Source of the DNA: an uncultured Actinomycetota bacterium
GTDB taxonomy: Bacteria > Actinomycetota > Actinomycetes > JAHEKZ01
Assembly: GCA_963718235.1 (NCBI GenBank)
Contig: CAVQYR010000002.1
Span: forward strand, 192,001-256,000
DNA length: 64,000 nucleotides
Direction: 5' to 3'
Shown here piece by piece: positions 50,835-61,069 of the stretch (positions are counted from its first letter, which is position 1; every line of letters starts with the position of its first letter). The position numbers were made by a program, and so were the translations under genes. Below the pieces are notes generated by a model. It was given only the letters and a program-made list of their open reading frames with translations, had not been told where the DNA came from and did not search any database.

Positions 50835-51814
50835 GCGGTTCGATGATCGAGACCCACAACTCCAAGAAGCTCATGCTGTTCTCCGGACGCGGTCACTTCG
50901 AGCTGGCCGAGGAGGTCGCCGCCGAGCTGGGCACCAAGCTCGTACCGACCTCGCTGTACGACTTCGCGAACGGCGAGATCTTCGTGCGGTTCGAGGAGTC
51001 GGTCCGCGGCTGCGACGCCTTCGTGATCCAGTCCCACTCCGAGCCGGTCAACAAGTGGATCATGGAGCACCTCATCATGGTCGACGCGCTCAAGCGCGCC
51101 TCGGCGAAGCGGATCACTGTGGTCACGCCGTTCTACGGGTACGCGCGCCAGGACAAGAAGCACCGAGGGCGCGAACCGATCTCGGCCCGGCTCATGGCCG
51201 ACCTCTTCAAGACCGCCGGGGCGGACCGGCTGATGGCTGTCGACCTGCACACGTCACAGATCCAAGGGTTCTTCGACGGGCCGGTCGACCATCTGTTCGC
51301 CCTTGAGCCACTGGCCCGCTACGTCGGTGGTCGGGTCGACCGGAACAAGCTCACCGTCGTCTCCCCGGACGCCGGACGTGTGCGGGTCGCCGAACGATGG
51401 ACCGACCAGCTCGGTGGTCCGCTGGCGATCATCCACAAGCGGCGTGACCCTCGGGTGCCCAACGAGGCCCGCGTGCTCGAGGTCGTCGGCGAGGTCGAGG
51501 GACGCACGTGCATCATCGTCGACGACATGATCGACACCGGCGGAACCATCGTGAAAGCGGCCGAGGCTCTCTTCGACAACGGTGCTGCCGACGTCATCGT
51601 GGCTGCCACCCACGGCATCTTCTCCGGACCTGCGGTCGACCGGCTCAAGAACAGCCGGGTCTCCGAGGTCGTGTGCACCAACACGCTGCCGATCCCGCCG
51701 GAGAAGCGGTTCGACAAGCTGACCGTGCTGTCGATCGCCCCGCTCATCGCGCGGGCGGTCAGGGAGGTGTTCGACGACGGGTCGGTCACGTCGCTTTTCG
51801 ACGGCAACGCCTGA
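50831..51814 (+). CDS. prs: Ribose-phosphate pyrophosphokinase
   Basis: FANGEI, YGYARQDKK, DLH..QIQGFF, SPDAG, DDMIDTGGT. Confidence 0.97.
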   Translation: MSGSMIETHNSKKLMLFSGRGHFELAEEVAAELGTKLVPTSLYDFANGEIFVRFEESVRGCDAFVIQSHSEPVNKWIMEHLIMVDALKRASAKRITVVTPFYGYARQDKKHRGREPISARLMADLFKTAGADRLMAVDLHTSQIQGFFDGPVDHLFALEPLARYVGGRVDRNKLTVVSPDAGRVRVAERWTDQLGGPLAIIHKRRDPRVPNEARVLEVVGEVEGRTCIIVDDMIDTGGTIVKAAEALFDNGAADVIVAATHGIFSGPAVDRLKNSRVSEVVCTNTLPIPPEKRFDKLTVLSIAPLIARAVREVFDDGSVTSLFDGNA

Positions 51815-51963
51815 GCGCACCCGAGTTGGTGCCGAGCGGCCGGTCGCCTAGACTGCGGCGGTCGCCCGGCGAGGGAAGGCTCGAGGTCTTCCGTGATCGA
51901 CGAGTTGCGTGAGCCTCTCCCGCGCCGGTGTGCCCGTACCGCCCATCGAAGCCAGGAGCAGCC

Positions 51964-52569
51964 GTGACCGAGGTCCGCATGACCGCCGAGCCCCGTACCG
52001 AGTTCGGCAAGGGAGCAGCCCGCCGCCTGCGCCGCGCCGAGCGGGTGCCGGCCGTGATCTACGGCCACGGGGCCGACGTCCAGCACGTGGCGCTTCCCGC
52101 CCATGAGCTGGCCAAGGCGCTGAAGAACGCCAACGTGCTGCTCGAGCTCGACGTGTCCGGCACCATCTCCCTGGCGCTGCCCAAGGCGGTCCAGCGCGAC
52201 CCGATCCGTCCGGTCATCGAGCACGTCGACCTCGTCACCGTCGTGCGTGGCGAGAAGGTCGTCGTCGAGGTCCCGGTCCTCACCGAGGGCAAGCTCGTCC
52301 CGGGTGGGCTCCTGGAGCACGTGCACGACACGATCGCGATCGAGGCCGAGGCCACGCGCATTCCGCAGAGCCTGAGCGTCTCCCTCGACGGAGTGGAGAT
52401 CGGCGGGCGGATCAAGGCCGGCGACGTCTCGTTGCCGGCTGGGGTCACCCTGGCGGCCGACCCCGACCTCACCGTCGTGCACGTCCTGGCACCTCAGGCG
52501 GCCGAGGTCGAGCTGGAGACGACCGAAGAGGTCGTCGAGGTCGAGGCGCCCGAGACCGACGAGAGCTGA
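51964..52569 (+). CDS. rplY: 50S ribosomal protein L25/Ctc
   Basis: RTEFGKGAARRLRR...VPAVIYGHG, VQRDP....IEHVD. Confidence 0.95.
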   Translation: MTEVRMTAEPRTEFGKGAARRLRRAERVPAVIYGHGADVQHVALPAHELAKALKNANVLLELDVSGTISLALPKAVQRDPIRPVIEHVDLVTVVRGEKVVVEVPVLTEGKLVPGGLLEHVHDTIAIEAEATRIPQSLSVSLDGVEIGGRIKAGDVSLPAGVTLAADPDLTVVHVLAPQAAEVELETTEEVVEVEAPETDES

Positions 52570-52574
52570 GGGCG

Positions 52575-53150
52575 TTGTCCGACGCGCCGTGGTTGGTCGT
52601 CGGGCTCGGGAACCCAGGTGCCCCCTACGCAGGGCACCGGCACAACGTCGGGTTCCAGGTCGCCGACCTGCTGGTCTCGCGCATGGGTGGTCGGCTCCGC
52701 CGGCACAAGCGCGCCAGAGCCGATGTGCTCGAAGGTCGCCTGGCCGGCGAGCGCGTGGTGCTGGTGGAGCCCACGACGTTCATGAACGACACCGGACAGG
52801 CGGTCGCTCCGCTTCGTGACTTCTACCGGACCGAGCTCGACCATCTGGTCGTCGTGCACGACGAGCTCGACCTGCCGTTCGGTTCACTGCGCCTGAAGCT
52901 GGGCGGCGGGGACAACGGGCACAACGGGCTTCGCTCGATGCGCCGGTCCCTCCACAGCGGCGACTTCTTCAGGGTGCGCTTCGGGATCGGTCGTCCACCG
53001 GGGCGGCTGGACCCGGCCGTCTACGTGCTGCGCGACTTCGGCGCGGGCGAGCGGGGCGACCTCGCGGTTCACGTCGAGCGCGCCGCCGATGCGGTCGAGT
53101 GCCTCGTCGGTCAGGGCCTCGAACGCGCGCAGAACACGTTCAACGACTGA
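52575..53150 (+). CDS. pth: Peptidyl-tRNA hydrolase
   Basis: LVVGLGNPG..Y...RHNVGF, P.TFMN, VHDELD, GHNGLRS, GIGRP. Confidence 0.96.
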   Translation: MSDAPWLVVGLGNPGAPYAGHRHNVGFQVADLLVSRMGGRLRRHKRARADVLEGRLAGERVVLVEPTTFMNDTGQAVAPLRDFYRTELDHLVVVHDELDLPFGSLRLKLGGGDNGHNGLRSMRRSLHSGDFFRVRFGIGRPPGRLDPAVYVLRDFGAGERGDLAVHVERAADAVECLVGQGLERAQNTFND

Positions 53151-53156
53151 CCCACT

Positions 53157-53180
53157 CGTTGGGCCACACGTTGGGCCACA
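53157..53180. repeat. 12-bp tandem direct repeat
   Basis: CGTTGGGCCACA twice, between the pth and GT2 stop codons. Confidence 0.8.
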
Positions 53181-53190
53181 GGGCCGCCGC

Positions 53191-54159
53191 TCAGCCGAGG
53201 ATTCCGACCGTGGGCTGGTTGTGCACGTTGAGCAGCCGCGCGGCTCCGCGCGCGTTCACCAGGCGACTGGCCACCGCCAGTGCGAGGTAGGCCCGGGGCT
53301 CGGTGACACTGCGGCTCAGCGTGTACCCCGCCCACCGGGCGGCGGCTCGACGGTCCCCCTCGACCGCGGTCGCCAGGGCGATCTGTCCGCAGACCCTCGC
53401 TTCCGCCGTGGGTGCCGAGGCGAGCTCAGGGCATGCGTCGAGCAGCCAGGTGAGGTCGGCGGCCACGCCGGGTCGCGGGCCGGCGGCAGTGGGAGGGGGA
53501 CGGCGGGACACCTCGACCCCCACCTCGGGCAGGTTGCGCAACGGAGCCCAGCGGGTCGCCCGCGCCAGGAACTCCAGGTCGGCCATCCGCGCCCCGGCAT
53601 CGGCCTCGTCGAGCGGGCCGATGCCGGTCAGGACGGCCTCGCGGCTCATGACGAACGTCGAAGGGTGCAGCAGGGCGAGGCGATCGCGCATGAGCGAGCG
53701 GGTGTCCAGCGACCCCTCGTGGACCACCCGGTCGTGGGTGTGCCCACGACAGCGCATCCGCACGCCCATGGTCACGAAGACGGCCGACGGGTCGGAGCGC
53801 AAGACGGCGACCTGGCGACGCAGCTTCCGGTCCAGCCACACGTCGCCGACGTCGCAGAAGGCGACCAGAGGGGACGTGGCCGTCTCGATCCCGCAGTTGC
53901 GTGCCCCAGGCGTGCCCGTCGAGTGGGTGTTCCGCAGCACCTCGACGACCCGAGGGTGACGCACTGACGCAACGGCAGTGTGGGCGAGGGCCTCGGAACA
54001 CGGCTGGTCGCTGACCACGAGGACCCGGATGGCTGCGGGGTAGTCCTGGTCGAGGATCGACGCGACGGAGCGGCGAAGAGCCTCGCTGTGGCCCTTCGCC
54101 GCGACGACGACGTCGACAGCCGGCCAGGCGGCCGCTCCAGTGGCCGTGAGGCGGGTCAT
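53191..54159 (-). CDS. GT2-family glycosyltransferase with divergent motifs
   Basis: SIL.QDY, GARN.GI, VAFCDVGDVW...KL..QV, LHPSTF. Confidence 0.75.
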   Translation of the reverse strand: MTRLTATGAAAWPAVDVVVAAKGHSEALRRSVASILDQDYPAAIRVLVVSDQPCSEALAHTAVASVRHPRVVEVLRNTHSTGTPGARNCGIETATSPLVAFCDVGDVWLDRKLRRQVAVLRSDPSAVFVTMGVRMRCRGHTHDRVVHEGSLDTRSLMRDRLALLHPSTFVMSREAVLTGIGPLDEADAGARMADLEFLARATRWAPLRNLPEVGVEVSRRPPPTAAGPRPGVAADLTWLLDACPELASAPTAEARVCGQIALATAVEGDRRAAARWAGYTLSRSVTEPRAYLALAVASRLVNARGAARLLNVHNQPTVGILG

Positions 54160-54163
54160 CGGC

Positions 54164-54679
54164 TCACCTCGCGCGATGCCTCGCGACGAGGTCCGCGACG
54201 ATCTCGCCGATCCTCTGCACGCCCACGGGCATGGGGGCCTCGTCGGCGGCTCCCTCCGTCGTGAGAAGCAGTGAGTGCGGGTCGTCCAGGGCTGCGACGA
54301 ACTCCTCCTCGGTCAGCGCCAACCGGACGAGGTCCCGGCTGCCCAGGAACCTTGCGAATCGCTGTTGGTGGTCGTCGACGTGCTCGCCCAGCCCCGGGTC
54401 ACGGGGCACGCACACGGGGACCCGCCGCCTCCGACGCGTCTCGGTGATCGTGGCCGGACCTCCGTGGGTGACCACGACGTCGGCCGCGGCCATCTGGTCC
54501 AGCAGCTCGTCGTTGGTGAAGAAGGGGCTGCCGACGGCGTGCTGCGGCGGTCGGGAGGAACCATGCTGCACGACGACCGTGCAGTCGGGGTGCTGTTCGG
54601 CCCACCGGTCGGCCCAGCCGACGAGTCGGTCGAAGGGGTGGTAGTCCGTTCCCACGGTCACGAGCACCCGGTGCGTCAC
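54164..54679 (-). CDS. PssE/Cps14G (Alg13-like) glycosyltransferase subunit
   Basis: VTVGTD.HPFDRL, VQHG, VVTHGGPATI, VPR....GEHVDDHQ. Confidence 0.9.
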   Translation of the reverse strand: MTHRVLVTVGTDYHPFDRLVGWADRWAEQHPDCTVVVQHGSSRPPQHAVGSPFFTNDELLDQMAAADVVVTHGGPATITETRRRRRVPVCVPRDPGLGEHVDDHQQRFARFLGSRDLVRLALTEEEFVAALDDPHSLLLTTEGAADEAPMPVGVQRIGEIVADLVARHRAR

Positions 54680-55173
54680 AGCACGGTCCCGACCACGGTC
54701 GAGCCCGGGTAGAGCGGCTGCTGCTCGGGCCACTGCACGGCGAACACCGTCGCGAGCGGTCGGCAGAGGCGCCCGGTCAGTGTCGTGCTCTCGATTCGGT
54801 CGTAGACCTCCAGGTAGAGGCGAGGCACACCGGTGAGCCGGGCGAGCAGGAAGTACGGGTAGGCGACCGCCGCACCAGTGGAGACGACGACGTCGGGTCG
54901 GACCTGGCTCATCACCCGCCGCGCCTGGGCGGTGTTGCGGGCCAAGTTGACGACGTTGCGGGTCGTCGGGTGGTGCGCCCAGGTGACGTCCTCGTCAGCG
55001 AGCAGGGCCAGCGCGTCGGGTGTGTCGAAGGTGACCCAGTGCCGCTGCGTCCGTGACCACAGCGGGGCCAGGGCCCACAGCTGGGCCAGGTGCCCGCCGC
55101 TCGAGCCGACCAGCAGGATGCGCGCATCCGCGGGCAGCTCCCCGGGTGTCCGCCGCCTCGCGCTCGACGCCAC
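54676..55173 (-). CDS. PssD/Cps14F (Alg14-like) glycosyltransferase subunit
   Basis: SSGGHLAQL, WVTFD..D, PDVVVSTGA.VA.P, Y.EVYDR, TLTG, VQW. Confidence 0.9.
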   Translation of the reverse strand: MASSARRRTPGELPADARILLVGSSGGHLAQLWALAPLWSRTQRHWVTFDTPDALALLADEDVTWAHHPTTRNVVNLARNTAQARRVMSQVRPDVVVSTGAAVAYPYFLLARLTGVPRLYLEVYDRIESTTLTGRLCRPLATVFAVQWPEQQPLYPGSTVVGTVL

Positions 55174-55446
55174 TGCGTTCCCCCTTCGTCTCGGACTGTT
55201 CCCTCATCTTGCTGGCCGGCCGCCGACTTCGGGGTCGGGGGGCCACGAACCCGCACGAATGGACGAACGACGACGATCGGGTGGACCGAGCCTCCCGGGA
55301 CCTGCTCACTCAGGGTAGTGGTCGCGATCACGTTGTGAAGTGCCTCCTCGTCCAAAAGGCGATCTTTCGGACATTGATTTGGACGGGCCTCCCGAGCGCT
55401 GGTTTCATGGCTTCGGATCGGAGCAACGAGTGGGTATCGGGGGGAC

Positions 55447-58419
55447 ATGTCGTGGGTCTTTGGCTGCGCGCATGAACGTCGTTTCGGCGGCTGGCTGTGG
55501 TGGTCGTCGCAATCCTGGCCTTCGGTGCCATGGCGGCGGCGCCTCTCTCGGCCCACGCGGCCGACCCTGCCACCGCCCTGGCCAGCGACAACCCCTACAA
55601 CTGGACTCCCCGGGTGCTCGACGGGCAGGTCGATGCCGTCAAGCGCGTCGGCGACACCGTCTATCGTCGGTGGCAGCTTCACCCAGATCCAGGCGCCCGA
55701 CGACGCCAGCCCGATCCTGAGCCGCCCCTACCTGTTCGCCTTCGACGCGACGCACCGGCGCCATCCTGGACTCGTTCGCCGCGACCCCCAGCGGACCGGT
55801 CAAGGTGATCGTGCCCAACAGCGCGGGCACCCAGCTGTACGTGTGGGGGAAGTTCACCAAGATGAACGGCGGTCACGCGGTCGCACGTGGCCCTGGTCGA
55901 CGCGGCACGACCGGTGCGCGGGTCAACGCGTTCAAGCCCGCGAAGATCAACAGCGCGGTGTTCGACCTGCGGCTTCGCGGATCGCAGCTGCTGGTCGGCG
56001 GCTCCTTCTCCACGGCCGGTGGGCTGGCGCGACCGGGGATGGTCAGCCTCGACGCCTCGACCGGCGTGCTGACCAACTACTTCACCTTGCCCATCGCCGG
56101 CACGGCATGGGGCAAGGGGGTCACCACCGTCCGCAAGTTCGACCTCACGCCGTCCGGGGACCGGATGGTGATGATGGGCAACTTCAACTCCGTGGCGGGC
56201 CAGAGCCGGCTGCAGATCGCCATGGTCGACCTGACCGACGCCGGGGCCACCCTGGCGAACTGGTCGACCCAGCGGTTCAAGGCGACGGGGACCACCGCGG
56301 GCACGTCGTTGTGCGCCAGGGCCTTCGACTCCTACATGCGCGACATCGACATCTCCCCCGACGGGTCGTTCTTCCTGGTCGTCACGACGGGCGCCTACCG
56401 GGCCGGCACCTTGTGCGATGCGGCTTCGCGCTGGGAGACCTACGCCACGGGGGACCAGGTGGAGACCTGGTCCAACTACACCGGCGGGGACACGTTCTGG
56501 GGCCTGCAGGTCACCGGTCCGATCGCCTACGTGGGTGGGCACTTCCGCTGGCTGAACAATCCCTACGCCGGAGACCGGGCGAGCGTCGGGGCGGTCGCCC
56601 GTGAAGGCATCGCCGCGATCGACACCCGCAACGGACTCCCGCTGTCGTGGAACCCGGGTCGTGAGCGAGGGGTCGGCCTGTTCGACTTCGACGTCACCGC
56701 GTCGGAGGTGTGGGCAGGGTCCGACACGGACCGATGGGGCAGCGAGTACCGCCCACGGGTCGCGGGGTTCCCCCTTGTCGGAGGGCACGACCTGCCGGTG
56801 GAGCGGGTCGGTTCGTTGCCCGCGGACGTCGTCCTGCTCGACTCGCCGGCTGCCGGTGTGAGCCAGGAGACCGGTTCTTCAACGGCAGCCAGCGTGCAGG
56901 GCAGCCGCAGCGACGTGGCCGCGGCCGACTGGAGCCTGGCTCGGGGCGCGGTCATGATCGACGACACCGTCTACATGGGATGGGCGGACAGCTCCACCGT
57001 CGGCTCTCTTCCGCGCGCGCAGCTTCGACGGCACGAGCTTCGGTCCGGCGACCTCGCTGGAGCTCTACGCCAACGGTCTGACCACCGACAGCCGCTCGTT
57101 CAACGTGGACATCCCGCGGATCACTGGCATGTTCTACGACCGGGCGAAGGGCCGCCTGTACTACACGCTGAAGCCGAACACTGCCAACAACAGCGGCGGG
57201 TTCTTCTACCGGTACTTCACTCCCGAGAGCGGTGTGGTCGGCGCCCAGCGCTTCACGGCGCTGAACGGTGCCTCGATCGGCGCCAGCGCCAGCGGAACCA
57301 CGTACCCACGGGGGATGTTCCGCGACGGGGACAACGTGTACTTCGTCGATGCCGCCGGTGCGCTGAAGCGGATCGGGTTCACGTCCGGGAGTGCGGGCGG
57401 TGCGGGTGGCGTGTCCGGCGCCGTCACCCTCGTCGACGCCTCCAGCGACTGGCGGGCCAACGCGTCCTTCGTGTCGACGCAGCAGACCTCGGTCGGACCG
57501 AACACACTGCCCAGCGCCGCTGCTGTCGGCCCAGTGCCGTGGTCTCGTCTGCTCCTTCGACGCCTCGGGCAGCATCGACCCAGACGGCACGGTGGTCGAC
57601 CTACTCCTTCGACTTCGGCGACGGCAGCTCGAGTGCGGCCACACCGCAGGCGACGCAGGAGCACACGTACGGAGTCGGTGGTCCGTACGAGGTGACCGTC
57701 ACCGTGACAGACAACCGAGGGGGCACCGCGACCGCCTCGCAGACGGTTCACCCGGCACCCATCGTCTCGCCGATCGCGGCGCGGGCATCGGGGCAGTACG
57801 CGTCGACCGGCAGTCTGACCCAGCACGTCTTCACCATCCCGGCCGAGGTCCAAGACGGGGACCAGATGGTCGTGGTGACCACCGGTTCGTCCAGCGGGAC
57901 CGTGGTGGACCCGGCCGGATGGACCCGTCTGGACGACGAGGTCGACGGTGACGTCCGCAGTGTCGCTTTCGCCAGGACCGCAACGGGGGGCGACGCGGGC
58001 AGCACGTTGGCCTTCCAGTGGTCTTCGCCGACCAAGGCGACGATCTCTTTCGCCGCCTACTCCGGCGTGGCCGGCGTCGCAGCCACTGTCGGTTCGACCG
58101 AGCCTTCGATCACCGGGTCGCCGCGCACACCACGCCGGGCGTGTCCGTTGCGATGGACGGTGCCTGGGTCCTCTCCTACTGGGCGGACAAGAACACGGCC
58201 ACCACTGGGTGGACCGCGCCAGCAGACCAGGTCGTTCGAGCTGCGCCCGCGGTGGTGGAGGTGGCGGGCACCCAACGGGTGACGGCGCTGCTCACCGATG
58301 ACGGCGCACCCGTCGCCGGTGGTGCCCGACCTGGGCAGACGGCGACGGCAGATGCGCCTGCCAGCAAGGGCACCTTCTTCACGATCGTGCTCGGGCCGGT
58401 GGGTGGACCGAGCACCTGA
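55447..58419 (+). CDS. Secreted beta-propeller + PKD + unnamed domain protein (multiple frameshifts; start approximate)
   Basis: Signal peptide; VGGSF repeats, YMRDID.SPDG, TGGDT, GLPLSWNPGR.RGVG; PKD SFDASGS.DPDG...FDFGDG..TVTDNRG; C-terminal VLSYWADK. Confidence 0.75.
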
Positions 58420-58505
58420 GGGAACCAGCCACGCATCAATGCACAGCTACCGAGATCTGCCGCGGCACCGAACGGTGACCGCGGGACGCACGACGAGGAG
58501 AGTCC

Positions 58506-60979
58506 ATGAGAAGCGCTCGAACCAAGTCCGCTGTGGCGGTGGTGGCCGCTGCTGCTGCCGCGATCGGTGTGCTGGCGGTCGTACCGGCCAGCGCCGCGGC
58601 GGCGCAGCCGGCTGTGGTCAGCGCCGACCCGGCCAACTTCACGCCCAACGTGATGAACGGCAAGGTCAAGGCGATCGCCCAGGTCGGCAACACCATCGTT
58701 CTCGGCGGGCAGTTCACGTCCGTTCAGAGCGCCAACGGTGCCACGACCTACAACCGGACGAACCTCGTGGCCTTCGACGCCACGACCGGTGCCGTGAGCA
58801 CCGGCTTCGCACCGGTGCCGAGCGGCATCGTCGAGGCACTCGCACCGGCAGCGGACGGAACCAGCGTGTACGTGGCCGGAGCCTTCACCCGGATCGACGG
58901 AACCACCGCCAGCCGGGTCGCCCGGTTGAACGTGTCCAACGGCGCCCGGGTCAGTGGGTTCACCCCACCCGCCATCAATGGCGCCGTTCGTGACATGAAG
59001 CGGGTGGGCTCCAGGTTGTACATCTCGGGTGCTTTCAGCACCGTCGGTGGACAGGCCCGGGGGCGCATGGCCAGCCTCGATGCGGGCTCCAGGTGCTTTG
59101 ACGACCGCACTCAACGTGGCGTTCACCGGCGTGAACAACGGCGGAGGAACCACCGTGAACAAGTTCGACGTGTCTCCGGACGGTTCGCGGATCGTGGCGA
59201 TCGGCAACTTCGCTGCCGTCGACGGTCAGCCCCGTGGCCAGGTGGCGATGCTCGACACCAGTGGTGCCTCAGCCGTGGTCACGAACTGGTCGACCGACGC
59301 CTACCCGAACTACTGCGCCGTCGAGTGTTCAACACCTACATGCGTGACCTCGACTTCTCGCCGAACGGTGACTACTTCATCGTGTCGACGACCGGCGCCT
59401 ACGGCGGGCCGGACAGCTTCTGCGACACGATCACCCGCTGGGAGACCGCGCGCAGCGGTGGCGGGCAGCTGCCGACCTGGACGAACCACACCGGTGGCGA
59501 CACCACCTACGCGGTGACAGCGACCGGTACTGCGGTGTACGCCGGTGGTCACATGCGCTGGGTCAACAACCCCTACGCCGGCGACGCTGCTGGTCCCGGC
59601 GCTGTGCCGCGTGAGGGAATCGTCGCCCTCGACCCCCGTTCGGGTCTGCCGTTCAGCTGGAACCCCGGACGAGCTCGTGGGGTGGGCGTGTTCGACATGC
59701 TTGCCACGGCGCAAGGGCTGTGGGTCGGTTCGGACACCAACCGGATCGGCGGCGAGACGCATCGCCGGATCGCGTTGATGCCACTGGCCGGAGGCAAGGC
59801 CGACCGGCGGCGAACATCCCGCAGCTGCCGGGGACCGTGCTGCAGCTCGGGCGAGCCGGCGGCGCCTCGGACTCCTCCGTCCTCTACCGGGTGAACGCCG
59901 GTGGCCCCGAGCTCCTGAGCGCGGACGACGGACCGAACTGGGCGGCCGACAACGGCCCCGACTCGCCATACCGCAACAGCACCAGCAACTGGGTGGACGC
60001 GTGGAACCAGTCGGTGTCGCGCGACTCATCGGTTCCGAGCTCCGACACCGACCGTGTTCCCATGGCGCTGTTCGACTCAGAGCGGTGGGATCCGGGTAGC
60101 GCTGGCGACGGGGACGAGATGCAGTGGAACTTCCCCGTTGCGTCGGGTAAGCCGCTGACCATTCGCCTCTACTTCGCCAACCAGTGCGGATGCACCTCGG
60201 CGGCCGGCGACCGGGTGTTCGACGTCGCCGTCGACGGAGCCACGAAGCTCTCGAACTTCGACATGGTGGCCGTCAAGGGGGACCGCGTCGGGTTCCTGCA
60301 GTCGTTCAACGTCACGAGCGACAACAACGGGGTCGACATCGACCTCACCCACGAGGTCGAGAACCCGCTGGTCAACGGCATCGAGATCATCGACCGGTCG
60401 GTGACGCCACCGACCACGATCGACCCGGCGCTGAACCAGGTCCGCCGTACGCCGCTGTCGGGAGCAGGTGCTCCCGGGACGACAGCTACGGCGAACGGGA
60501 ACGACTCGTTCCACAACGCCCGGGGTGCCTTCGTCGTCAACGGCACGCTGTACACGCCCTGGGTGGACGGAACGCTGAAGGCGCGGTCGATCAGTGGCAC
60601 GACGCTGGGCACGGCACGCACGGTCAGCCTCTTCAACAGCACGTTCGCCAACGACGCACCTGGGATCACCGGGATCGCGTACGACCCGGCAACGGCTCGC
60701 ATCTACTACACGATCACCGGCCAGAGCCGCCTCTTCTGGCGCTGGTTCAACCCGGAGAGCGAGGTCGTCGGTTCGGTGCGGTACGACGTCGATGCAGGGT
60801 CGATGGATGCCTCGCAGGTAGGGGGCATGTTCTTGTCCGGCGGCTCCCTGTACTACGCGCTGCGCACCAACGGCGACCTGTACCGGGTCGGGTTCAGTGG
60901 TGGCGTGACCGGGTCCTCGACGATGCTCAACTCCAGCCGCGACTGGACAGCCCCAGGCATGACGCTCAGCGCCTCCTGA
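58506..60979 (+). CDS. Secreted beta-propeller protein with inserted malectin domain (frameshifts near 59095, 59325 and 59800)
   Basis: GAGGAG RBS and signal peptide; same propeller motifs as the upstream paralog; malectin VLYRVNAGG...LFDSERW...IRLYFA...RVFDV.VDG...NPLVNGIEI (about 59879-60391). Confidence 0.8.
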
Positions 60980-61010
60980 GGGGCCGAGTGACGCCAGCTG
61001 ACTGGACGTA

Positions 61011-61050
61011 GGCTGGGGGTCCGACGACGCCTCGTCGCGGACCCCCAGCC
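61011..61050. terminator. GC-rich hairpin after the malectin gene
   Basis: GGCTGGGGGTCCG...CGGACCCCCAGCC 13-bp perfect stem. Confidence 0.6.
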
Positions 61051-61069
61051 AGTCGTCCCAGGAGCCCGT

